From Minisyncoccota bacterium (GTDB lineage: Bacteria > Patescibacteriota > Minisyncoccia > 2-02-FULL-40-12 > GWA2-44-9), in contig JAGOSO010000005.1 in assembly GCA_018062285.1 (NCBI GenBank), positions 2,697 through 66,696 on the forward strand: DNA of 64,000 nucleotides. Reading direction: 5' to 3'. The notes under the pieces were generated by a model. The model saw nothing but the letters and a program-made list of their open reading frames with translations, had not been told where the DNA came from and ran no database searches. Within the stretch, counting starts at the first letter, position 1. Each line of letters opens with the position of its first letter. The position numbers were made by a program, and so were the translations under genes. Positions 8,114 through 16,102 of the stretch are shown here, piece by piece.

Positions 8114-8727
8114 TGTGGGCCACTTGTTATCCTAATCATTGTTTTTGCGAAAGTCTGCACGTGGGGGCGGTGTTCCAGCCGGCGAATACGATTTCTTCGC
8201 TGGCTTTTGTTTTGGCGGGGATTTTTGTGGCGTATAAGTATCGAAACTCATGGGGCTATATTTATGCCGTGCTTTTGGGATTGATTGGGCTTGGTTCGGC
8301 CTACTATCACGCCCGATTAGATTTTGTTGGCCAAACTATTGATGTGGCGGGGATGTATTTCTTGGTGACCTTTGTTTTGTTGGCGGTTTTAAAACAAACT
8401 CGAAAATATTTTCTCGGTTATTTTTTGGCCGGGAATGCCGTTTTAATTTCAATTCTGGTTTCAGTGCCGGTTTTGCGCCGATACATTTTTACGGGATTGG
8501 TTTTGGCTTTGATTATTACGCTTTGGAAACAAAACCTTTTCAATAAATATTTCTGGGCTAGTCTTGCGACTCTCGTCATTGCGTTTATAATCTGGAGTTT
8601 GGATATCACGGGCGTTTGGTGTAATCCCAACAGTATCTTGCAAGGGCACGCCATTTGGCACATCCTAGGAGCAATCTCAGCGGTGTTCTTGTTTGAATCA
8701 ATTAGACCAGTGTTGAATAAAAATTAA
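8113..8727 (+). CDS. ceramidase-like integral membrane hydrolase (alkaline ceramidase/CREST superfamily)
   Basis: 7 predicted TM segments. Motifs NTISSLAF, YYHARLD and GHAIWHILGA match ceramidase-family conserved Ser/His/His positions. The start overlaps the upstream stop (TAATG). Confidence 0.5.
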   Translation: MWATCYPNHCFCESLHVGAVFQPANTISSLAFVLAGIFVAYKYRNSWGYIYAVLLGLIGLGSAYYHARLDFVGQTIDVAGMYFLVTFVLLAVLKQTRKYFLGYFLAGNAVLISILVSVPVLRRYIFTGLVLALIITLWKQNLFNKYFWASLATLVIAFIIWSLDITGVWCNPNSILQGHAIWHILGAISAVFLFESIRPVLNKN

Positions 8728-9236
8728 TGGCTTCATATACTTCACTAAAAGTTCAGTTGAGAGAAAGCGAGATGGCCGGTAAGGGCCTTTTTGCGATTGA
8801 GAAAATAAACAAAGATGAGATTGTTGCCGATTACACAAATGGCTTTGGGGAATATGTTGATTTAAAAAGAGCTAACGAGATTTATGATAGTGGTTTGGAT
8901 CACATGATTCAGATTGATGACGATTTGTATTTCGCCGCCACCAATGGCAGTGAGTCAGAAGATTCAGATCATATAAATCATTCTTGTAATTCTAATTGCG
9001 GGATCAAGAGCCCGCTGGGGGTTGTGGCAATGAGAGATATCGAACCAGGCGAAGAAATAACAGTTGATTATGCGATGATTGATTCGTCTGACTATGGCTT
9101 TGATTGTAAGTGTGGGTCCCCAGATTGTCGCGGCAGGGTTACTGGCGATGATTGGAAGATCCCAGAATTGCAAAATAGATATAAAGGATATTTTTCAGAT
9201 TACCTACAAAAGAAGATAGACTTATTAAATAAATGA
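8727..9236 (+). CDS. SET-domain protein (lysine methyltransferase fold) with post-SET Cys cluster
   Basis: NHSCNSNCG (NHSC motif), a GEEITVDY region, and post-SET CKCGSPDCRG. Confidence 0.8.
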   Translation: MASYTSLKVQLRESEMAGKGLFAIEKINKDEIVADYTNGFGEYVDLKRANEIYDSGLDHMIQIDDDLYFAATNGSESEDSDHINHSCNSNCGIKSPLGVVAMRDIEPGEEITVDYAMIDSSDYGFDCKCGSPDCRGRVTGDDWKIPELQNRYKGYFSDYLQKKIDLLNK

Positions 9237-10312
9237 CCATCCTAGATATTCCGCAGATGCGGTTAAAAAATCAGGGGATTAGTGATAGGAGATTTAAGAC
9301 CGTGAAAGAGGTTGTTTCTTGGATGGGGGCGATGCAGGCGCAGGACTATAACGCTTCGTTGTGGGCGATTGGGTTACGCATGGCGGGGAATCCTAAGGTG
9401 GCAGATATAGAAAAGGCAATCAGTAAAGGAGAAATAATTCGGTTGTGGCCGATGCGGGGGACGATTCATTTTGTGGCGGCGGAAGATGCACGCTGGATGC
9501 ATTCTCTTTTAACGCCCCGTTTAAATAATACCTATAACGACAGAAGCGACAGATTGGGAATCACTCCAGAGATTATTAAACAATCCAAAGATCTATTCAC
9601 CAAAGCCTTGAAAGGCAACAAGCACTTAACTCGGGAAGCGCTTTATCAAATTTTAGAAAAAGCCGGCATCAAAACCGCCAACAGTATTGGTTTACATATT
9701 ACATATCGTTTGGCCCACGAAGGTTTAATTGTTTGTGGTCCTCGTGAAGGCAAACAACAAACCCTTGCTTTGTTTGATGAATGGGTGCCCAAAGGAAAAG
9801 AATTTTCTCGTGAAGAAGCCATCAAAGAATTAACTCTGCGGTATTTTACCAGTCATGGCCCTGCTCAAATCAAAGATCTCAACTGGTGGTCTGGTTTACC
9901 AATCAAAGATATTAAACGTGGGATTGAGTTGAATGGAAAGAAATTAACCAAAGAAACAATCGAAGGGAAGGATTATTATTTTTCAGCTTTAGAAATTAGA
10001 CCAATTAGGTCAATTAGAAATTCTCAGTCGGCTTTCTTGTTACCGGCTTTTGATGAATACATAGTGGCTTATCGTGACCGTGACGCAGTCCTTGAATCCG
10101 TACACAAGGAAAAGATAAACCCCGGTGGCAACGGCATGCTTCAGCCCGTGGTGGTTATAAACGGCCAAGTCCTCGGCAACTGGAAAAAAGTAATAAAGAA
10201 GAGTACGGTTGAGGTGGTTACGGTCCCGTTTGTGAGTTTTGGGACAGATGGTAACGTTTCAATCAAGATTGCCAGTGAGCAGTATAATTTTTTTAACAAA
10301 TTGACTAGTTAA
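9233..10312 (+). CDS. winged-helix DNA glycosylase, AlkZ/YcaQ family (HTH_42)
   Basis: N-terminal block LKNQGISDRRF...VVSWMGAMQAQDY carries the Q-x-Q catalytic motif of AlkZ-like crosslink-repair glycosylases. 359 aa. ATGA overlap with the SET gene. Confidence 0.65.
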   Translation: MTILDIPQMRLKNQGISDRRFKTVKEVVSWMGAMQAQDYNASLWAIGLRMAGNPKVADIEKAISKGEIIRLWPMRGTIHFVAAEDARWMHSLLTPRLNNTYNDRSDRLGITPEIIKQSKDLFTKALKGNKHLTREALYQILEKAGIKTANSIGLHITYRLAHEGLIVCGPREGKQQTLALFDEWVPKGKEFSREEAIKELTLRYFTSHGPAQIKDLNWWSGLPIKDIKRGIELNGKKLTKETIEGKDYYFSALEIRPIRSIRNSQSAFLLPAFDEYIVAYRDRDAVLESVHKEKINPGGNGMLQPVVVINGQVLGNWKKVIKKSTVEVVTVPFVSFGTDGNVSIKIASEQYNFFNKLTS

Positions 10313-10371
10313 TTTTTGTTATCACAGTATGGTGCAGATGTTCTGTTATTACTAAAATAATATTTACAAAT

Positions 10372-11421
10372 ATGGATCAAGAGCAAATAAAAAATTTCAT
10401 TGAGGAGTACGGCTCAAAAAGAGAACAATATAAGAATTTCTCAATACGTCTAAAAAATATAATTGAAGATATTCTCAACGTTAAAGGCCTTAGTTATTTG
10501 TCGGTTGAGTGTCGGGCAAAATCATCAGTTAGTCTTGAGAAAAAATTAGAAAAATTATCTTTTGAAAGTTTGGGTGAAGTTCAAGATTTGGCCGGTGTCC
10601 GAATCATAACTTACGTTTATAAGGACATCGAGACAATAGAAAGCGTTATCGCTGAAAATTTTTTAGCAGAACAATTAAGTGTTGAAGATAGGTTGGGGAC
10701 AGACAGAGTCGGCTACAGATCCCATCATTGGCTAATCTCATTACCAGATAATCGTCTAAAATTGCCAGAGTATGAACAGTTTGGTGGCCTCAAGGCAGAG
10801 CTTCAGATTAGTACGGTTCTTCAACATGCATGGGCACAAATTGGGCATAAGCAGGTCTATAAACCAAGTGCTATTTTACCGCGTAAGATTAAAAGGAATT
10901 TCACATTATTGTCCGGTTTATTAGAAATAGCAGACAATGAGTTCAATCGAATATCAAATGAGATACTAGAACATCAACAAGAAGTTGTTAGTGAGACTGA
11001 AAAAGGGAATTTAGAAATACCAATCGATACTGTCTCTTTAAGGCAGTATTTCGATACCAATTTTAAAAGCATTAATAACATGGACCCAAGATTTGGTCCT
11101 CATGATGACATGGCAGAAGATATAATTGAAGAATTGCGAGATCTTGGGATAACAACATTGGCTCAACTCGACAATATTATACCGAAAGATTTTATGCAAA
11201 ACCTAGCGAGTGTAGATATGGGAGAAAAAAATTATTGCGGTTTATCTAGGAATATTATGGTCATTTATAATTACAAAGAATATTTTGAAAAAGCATGGAA
11301 GAATAAGTGGGTATCTGCATCAAAATCAGAAAGTAGCACAGGTGAATTATATAAGATATACGGGATAGATTATGATGAAATAATAAAGACTTATGGCTTG
11401 AGGGTTTCTGTAAAGAAGTAG
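10372..11421 (+). CDS. RelA/SpoT-homolog synthetase-domain protein (small alarmone synthetase-like) with ~180-aa uncharacterised C-terminal extension
   Basis: Synthetase motifs are present: ECRAKSSVSLEKKLEK (RxKxxxSxxxK), DLAGVRII, GYRSHHW, and ELQISTVLQHAWAQIGH. There is no HD hydrolase domain. 349 aa. Confidence 0.75.
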   Translation: MDQEQIKNFIEEYGSKREQYKNFSIRLKNIIEDILNVKGLSYLSVECRAKSSVSLEKKLEKLSFESLGEVQDLAGVRIITYVYKDIETIESVIAENFLAEQLSVEDRLGTDRVGYRSHHWLISLPDNRLKLPEYEQFGGLKAELQISTVLQHAWAQIGHKQVYKPSAILPRKIKRNFTLLSGLLEIADNEFNRISNEILEHQQEVVSETEKGNLEIPIDTVSLRQYFDTNFKSINNMDPRFGPHDDMAEDIIEELRDLGITTLAQLDNIIPKDFMQNLASVDMGEKNYCGLSRNIMVIYNYKEYFEKAWKNKWVSASKSESSTGELYKIYGIDYDEIIKTYGLRVSVKK

Positions 11422-11439
11422 GATAAAAAAGTTATTTAA

Positions 11440-11470
11440 GTAGAAACGTGTCATAGCTCTCTACTTGCTT
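11440..11470 (+). terminator. possible terminator hairpin after the RSH-domain gene
   Basis: AAGTAGA...TCTACTT 7-bp stem with a 15-nt loop, followed by GCTTATTT. Weak. Confidence 0.25.
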
Positions 11471-11539
11471 ATTTAGGGATTAATATAAGTTTAAATATTC
11501 TCTATAAAAACATGACACAACAATCAAAATAATAAAAAC

Positions 11540-12085
11540 ATGTCCATAAAAATAACCTATTTTGTGCACGGGACGACGACGGATAATGAGAAGCATGTTT
11601 CTTCGGGTATGTATGATGTGGAATTGTCGGAGTTGGGGATTAAGCAATCAAAAGAATTAGCCGAGCAAACAAAAGATAAAAAGTTTGATGTTGTCTTTTG
11701 TTCGGATTTGAAACGGGCCGTTGATTCGGCTCATTTAACTTGGGAAGGCGTCTATCCTATCGTTGTTGATGCTCGATTGCGTGAATGTAACTACGGCACA
11801 TACAATGCCCAACTTTCTGAGGTAGTGGAACCAATGCAGGAGAAAATGATTACCGAACGCTTTCCAGAAGGCGAGAGCTATGAAGATGTAAAAGCCCGCA
11901 TTGCTGACTTCTTGGATTTTCTAAAAAAGAACTATGACGGCAAATCAGTTGCCATTGTCGGCCACAAAGCTCCCCAACTAGCCCTCGAAGTATTATTGAA
12001 TGGTAAAACCTGGGACCAAGCCTTTACTGAAGACTGGCGCAAAACCCATGCTTGGAAACCAGGTTGGGAATACGAGGTAAAATAA
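11540..12085 (+). CDS. histidine phosphatase family protein (phosphoglycerate-mutase-like/SixA-like)
   Basis: N-terminal ITYFVHGTTTDNE (RHG-type catalytic His motif). 181 aa. Confidence 0.7.
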   Translation: MSIKITYFVHGTTTDNEKHVSSGMYDVELSELGIKQSKELAEQTKDKKFDVVFCSDLKRAVDSAHLTWEGVYPIVVDARLRECNYGTYNAQLSEVVEPMQEKMITERFPEGESYEDVKARIADFLDFLKKNYDGKSVAIVGHKAPQLALEVLLNGKTWDQAFTEDWRKTHAWKPGWEYEVK

Positions 12086-12504
12086 TGGAAACAAAACTCT
12101 TTGTTGCGACAAAAGCGCTCATAGTAAACAAGCAGGGGAAGGTTTTGATTTTGCGTGAGTCGAATAAATATGTTGATGGAACCAATGTGGCTAAGTTTGA
12201 TTTGCCAGGTGGAAGAATGGAAGTTGGAAGGCCGTTTGATGAATGTTTGGTCCGTGAAATAAAAGAAGAAACTGGTCTGAAGGTTAAAATCGGCCAACCT
12301 TTTTATGTCGGCGAGTGGCGACCAGTTGTTCGAGGAGAACAATGGCAGATTGTGGCAATATTTTTTAAATGCAAAACAACTACAAGCAAAGTTAAGTTAA
12401 GTAAGGACCACGATGCTTTTGAATGGATTAATCCAAAAGATTACAAAAAATCTTCCTTGATTCCTAATTTGCAGAAAGCATTTAAAGTTTATTTGGAAAA
12501 ATAA
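12086..12504 (+). CDS. NUDIX hydrolase
   Basis: Nudix box GGRMEVGRPFDECLVREIKEETGL. SD GAGG lies 8 nt upstream. The ATG overlaps the upstream TAA. Confidence 0.8.
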
Positions 12505-12507
12505 ATT

Positions 12508-12900
12508 ATGAATTATTATTTGAGTTATTTAATGGGTGCAGGCAATATAACCGACGAACAGTTGGCGGGTTTGGGTGTGGAGATAGTCGAGAAGAAGAAA
12601 TTAAAAATACCGGCTGAAAAGTTGCAGGAATATATTGATTTAATAAAAACAGGTCTCAGCCCTGGTTTTTGGAATGAAGTAGTTGGATCCGAAGAAATTA
12701 TCTTTGTTTTTAAATTTAAAGACGAGACAATCAAAGAATTTGAACTATCAATCGATAACGAAGCCGAGATTGCCAAGCTTTGCAGTGAGTTTGCCAATGA
12801 ATCTCCAGACAAAACAAAAAATGTCTACAAATACATTTCTGAAAATAGTTTCTACCATGATTTTATGATTGAACACTATTCAAGTATGATTAATCGATAA
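12508..12900 (+). CDS. hypothetical protein (130 aa)
   Basis: ORF with tight spacing inside the operon. No motif recognised. Confidence 0.4.
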   Translation: MNYYLSYLMGAGNITDEQLAGLGVEIVEKKKLKIPAEKLQEYIDLIKTGLSPGFWNEVVGSEEIIFVFKFKDETIKEFELSIDNEAEIAKLCSEFANESPDKTKNVYKYISENSFYHDFMIEHYSSMINR

Positions 12901-12907
12901 TAAACAT

Positions 12908-13519
12908 ATGGCAGACCAAGCAACAGTCGATGCATACAACAATATAGCCGAGGAATACCATTCTCGAAATTCGGTGACGATGTACACCAAGGAGTATGGG
13001 ATTTTTGAGTCCATGTTTGGTTCAAGCAAGAGTGTTTTGGAAATTGGTTGTGGCACGGGCCGTGATTCAAAAGTGCTTATTGGTCTTGGTTTTGACCACG
13101 TTGGGATAGATGCTTCCGAAGGGATGTTAAAAATTGCACAGGAGCTTGTCCCAGAAGGAAAATTTAAAGTTGGTGATTTCTATAATCTTGAATTCTCAGA
13201 TAATCATTTTGACGGATTCTGGGCCGCTGCAACATTTTTGCATGTTCCTAAGGCCGACATGCCAAAGATTCTAGCTGAAGCCAGAAGAGTTATTAAACCA
13301 AACGGTGTCGGTTTTATTTCCGTGAAACAGAAAAAGGGCATGGATGAGGGTTACATTGAATCCAAAACAACCGGAACCAAGAGGTATTTTGCGTTTTACG
13401 AAAAAGAAGAATTTGCGAACATTCTTAAGGAAAATAATTTTGAGGTGGTTAAAATAAATGAGGATATTGAGCAAGACGGAACCCCCTGGTTTTATTATTT
13501 CGTAAAATCTTTAAAATAA
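12908..13519 (+). CDS. class I SAM-dependent methyltransferase
   Basis: Motif I VLEIGCGTGRD and a post-I acidic residue. 203 aa. Confidence 0.8.
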   Translation: MADQATVDAYNNIAEEYHSRNSVTMYTKEYGIFESMFGSSKSVLEIGCGTGRDSKVLIGLGFDHVGIDASEGMLKIAQELVPEGKFKVGDFYNLEFSDNHFDGFWAAATFLHVPKADMPKILAEARRVIKPNGVGFISVKQKKGMDEGYIESKTTGTKRYFAFYEKEEFANILKENNFEVVKINEDIEQDGTPWFYYFVKSLK

Positions 13520-13523
13520 ATAT

Positions 13524-13934
13524 ATGAGCGATAAAAAAGCTGTTATGTTGCCGGTTGTGGCTGGGGTGGTCATAAAAAAAGATGGCAAGTATCTTTTGGT
13601 CCAAGAAAATAAGAAAACTAATTACGGGTTATATAACTGGCCAGCAGGGAAGGTGGATGAAGGAGAAAGTATTGAAGAAACAGCTATTCGAGAAGCCAAA
13701 GAAGAAGTTGGCGTTGACGTTAAGCTTATTCGAAAGATAGATATTTTTCAGGCCAATATTTCTTTACCAGCCAGACATGCTTTTGAAGCCGAGATTACCA
13801 ACGGCGAACCCCAAGCCCAAGAAGGCCAAGTTCTATCAGTTGGCTGGTTCACCCCAGACGAAATGCGTGCCATGAAAGATAAACTTCGCAGTGAATGGGT
13901 TTTGGAGGCAATGGAAATGATGGAATCTAAATAA
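13524..13934 (+). CDS. NUDIX hydrolase
   Basis: Nudix box GKVDEGESIEETAIREAKEEVGV. Confidence 0.8.
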   Translation: MSDKKAVMLPVVAGVVIKKDGKYLLVQENKKTNYGLYNWPAGKVDEGESIEETAIREAKEEVGVDVKLIRKIDIFQANISLPARHAFEAEITNGEPQAQEGQVLSVGWFTPDEMRAMKDKLRSEWVLEAMEMMESK

Positions 13935-13935
13935 A

Positions 13936-15057
13936 ATGTCTTATTTTACAGGAATTATTTACAGAAATTTAATTAAGCCGGTGTTGTTTTTGTTTCCGGC
14001 GGATAAGATACACGATTTGTTTCTTGAGCAGGGAAGGTTTTTGGGCCGGAGCAATTGGGTGAAGGGGATTTTAAAAAAGATGTGGAGCTACAAGAGCCCA
14101 ATTCTTGAACAGAATTTGGCGGGACTTAATTTTAAGAATCCAATTGGTCTGGCAGCCGGTTTTGATTACGATGCAGATTTGGTAGAAATTTTGCCAAGCG
14201 TTGGATTTGGTTTTAATACTGTTGGGACTTTAACCCATGAACCATACGCGGGTAACCCACTACCAATGCTGGGACGTTTACCAAAATCAAAGTCGTTGCT
14301 GGTTAATAAGGGATTTAAAAACGAAAGCGTGAACAAAGTGTTGGCTAAAGTTAAACCCAATCATACGGGCGCGCCTCGTGGTGTCAGTATTGGTGCAACC
14401 AACAAGCCTTACCCTAATTTTGAGGCCATGGTGGATGATTTGATGACCGGTTTTAAAGAAGCCGACAAATTCAAAACTTTTGATTACTACGAATTGAACA
14501 TTAGTTGCCCTAATTTGTTGAACATCCAGAATTTGGAAGACCGCTTGGATTCTATAACCGGTTTAACTAAAACTTTGACCAGATTGAGCGAGCTTGGCTT
14601 GAGCCGCCCAGTGTTTATTAAAATGCCATTAGAACGAACATTCGAAGATGTAAAAAGTATTGCAGAGACCGCTGCCCCGTTCCCAGTTATCAAAGGATTA
14701 GTTTTTTCTAACCTCGCCAAAGATCGTAGTAATCCTGCTTTTGATTCAGAAGAAATTAAGAATGCCGGCGTTGGTAATTTTAGTGGTAAGCCATTGGAAG
14801 ATAAATCAAATGAATTGTTGGCCTATGCTTATCAGAACTATCGAGAAAGATTTATCTTGATTGGTGTGGGTGGCGTTTTCACCGCCGAGGATGCTTACAA
14901 GAAAATTAAAGCCGGTGCGTCTTTGGCCCAATTGATTACTGGCATTATATTTATGGGTCCCCAGCAAATTGGTGTGATTAACAAGGGTTTAGCTCGATTA
15001 CTAAAGAAAGACGGCTATACAAATATCTCTCAGGCGATAGGGAAGGCTATTCTCTAG
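13936..15057 (+). CDS. pyrD: dihydroorotate dehydrogenase (quinone), class 2
   Basis: GLNFKNPIGLAAGFDYDAD matches the class 2 DHODH N-terminal signature. FMN-binding C-terminal GVGGV. 373 aa. Confidence 0.8.
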   Translation: MSYFTGIIYRNLIKPVLFLFPADKIHDLFLEQGRFLGRSNWVKGILKKMWSYKSPILEQNLAGLNFKNPIGLAAGFDYDADLVEILPSVGFGFNTVGTLTHEPYAGNPLPMLGRLPKSKSLLVNKGFKNESVNKVLAKVKPNHTGAPRGVSIGATNKPYPNFEAMVDDLMTGFKEADKFKTFDYYELNISCPNLLNIQNLEDRLDSITGLTKTLTRLSELGLSRPVFIKMPLERTFEDVKSIAETAAPFPVIKGLVFSNLAKDRSNPAFDSEEIKNAGVGNFSGKPLEDKSNELLAYAYQNYRERFILIGVGGVFTAEDAYKKIKAGASLAQLITGIIFMGPQQIGVINKGLARLLKKDGYTNISQAIGKAIL

Positions 15058-15115
15058 CTGTAACAATTCATGGGTTGCCCCGTCTTAATTATCAAGGTAA
15101 TTAATATACAAAAGT

Positions 15116-15823
15116 ATGAACAAAGAAAATATTTTGACGGTGGTTGCCGTGGTGGCAGTCGCTGCTATTCTCGGATTCTGGTTGTTTTGGAAACCAGACG
15201 ACAAGATAGCCGTATCACCAAGTCCAACTCCTAGTCCAGTTGCAACAGCAACAATGATTCAATACAACCAGAGTGTCTCAGACAAAGACATTAAGGTTTC
15301 CTATTCTTCTTCTGATTTCGGCCTAGCGACTACACCAGCCCAGATCGTGGTTAAGTCTTACATCCCACCTTGCGAAACTGGTTTTGATTATTGTCTCTAT
15401 AGCAACAACGATACCTACAAAGGCACTAATTTTGAGAGTGCTGGGTTACGTATCGCACAACGCAAAGATCTTTCAACAAAGGAACAATGTTTGAATACTT
15501 TACCAACTGGCTACACAAGTCTTACCCCAGTTTCATTTACTAGTGCGAACTATGCCACTAGCGTGTTCTCGCCTTTGGGTGACGCCGCCGCTGGTCATTA
15601 TTCTTCTGGTGCCCAATATCGTCTTTGGTCTGGCAAGTCTTGCTATGAACTTGAAAGTAGAATTGGAGAAACGCAATTTGCCAACTATCCGGCAGGCTCA
15701 ATTAAGCAATTTACCGATGCTGACAGAATCAGTGTGAGAGCTCAGCTTGCCGCCATGCTTAATGCCATAACATTAACCGGTGGAGAAAAAGTTTCCTTCC
15801 CTCAGGCTAAAACAGCGCAGTAG
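15116..15823 (+). CDS. membrane-anchored/secreted hypothetical protein with Pro/Ser/Thr linker
   Basis: N-terminal TM helix (LTVVAVVAVAAILGFWLFW) followed by PSPTPSPVATAT. Confidence 0.45.
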   Translation: MNKENILTVVAVVAVAAILGFWLFWKPDDKIAVSPSPTPSPVATATMIQYNQSVSDKDIKVSYSSSDFGLATTPAQIVVKSYIPPCETGFDYCLYSNNDTYKGTNFESAGLRIAQRKDLSTKEQCLNTLPTGYTSLTPVSFTSANYATSVFSPLGDAAAGHYSSGAQYRLWSGKSCYELESRIGETQFANYPAGSIKQFTDADRISVRAQLAAMLNAITLTGGEKVSFPQAKTAQ

Positions 15824-15861
15824 TTTTAATTAAGATGAGGTCCGTACTCGTCTTTATACAC

Positions 15862-16014
15862 ATGGACGACAGAAACAATGATGGAGGAATAAGCACAATC
15901 TTGATGGTCGTACTCATTTTGATTGTAGTCGGTTTTGGGACTTGGTGGTTTGTGAATAATCGCTCTCAGTCCAATACTGCGGGCGTTAATATCACAATTC
16001 CAACGGGTAATTAA
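15862..16014 (+). CDS. possible 50-aa single-TM small protein (not in the ORF track)
   Basis: ATG at 15862 to TAA at 16012-16014. It encodes MDDRNNDGGISTILMVVLILIVVGFGTWWFVNNRSQSNTAGVNITIPTGN with a clear hydrophobic helix. I prefer it to the antisense 65-aa ORF 15826-16023. No convincing SD. Confidence 0.3.
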   Translation: MDDRNNDGGISTILMVVLILIVVGFGTWWFVNNRSQSNTAGVNITIPTGN

Positions 16015-16102
16015 TAAATACAATCAACCAAAAACCCGTCATTCGTGGCGGGTTTTTGGTTTGGCTAGGCCTTATTTTGAAAAGGGGGTATAATATTGGC
16101 AT

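Noticed and set aside
15826-16023. 65-aa minus-strand ORF from the track
   Set aside because: It has no SD or motif. The opposite strand encodes a more plausible 50-aa TM peptide. Both are low confidence.
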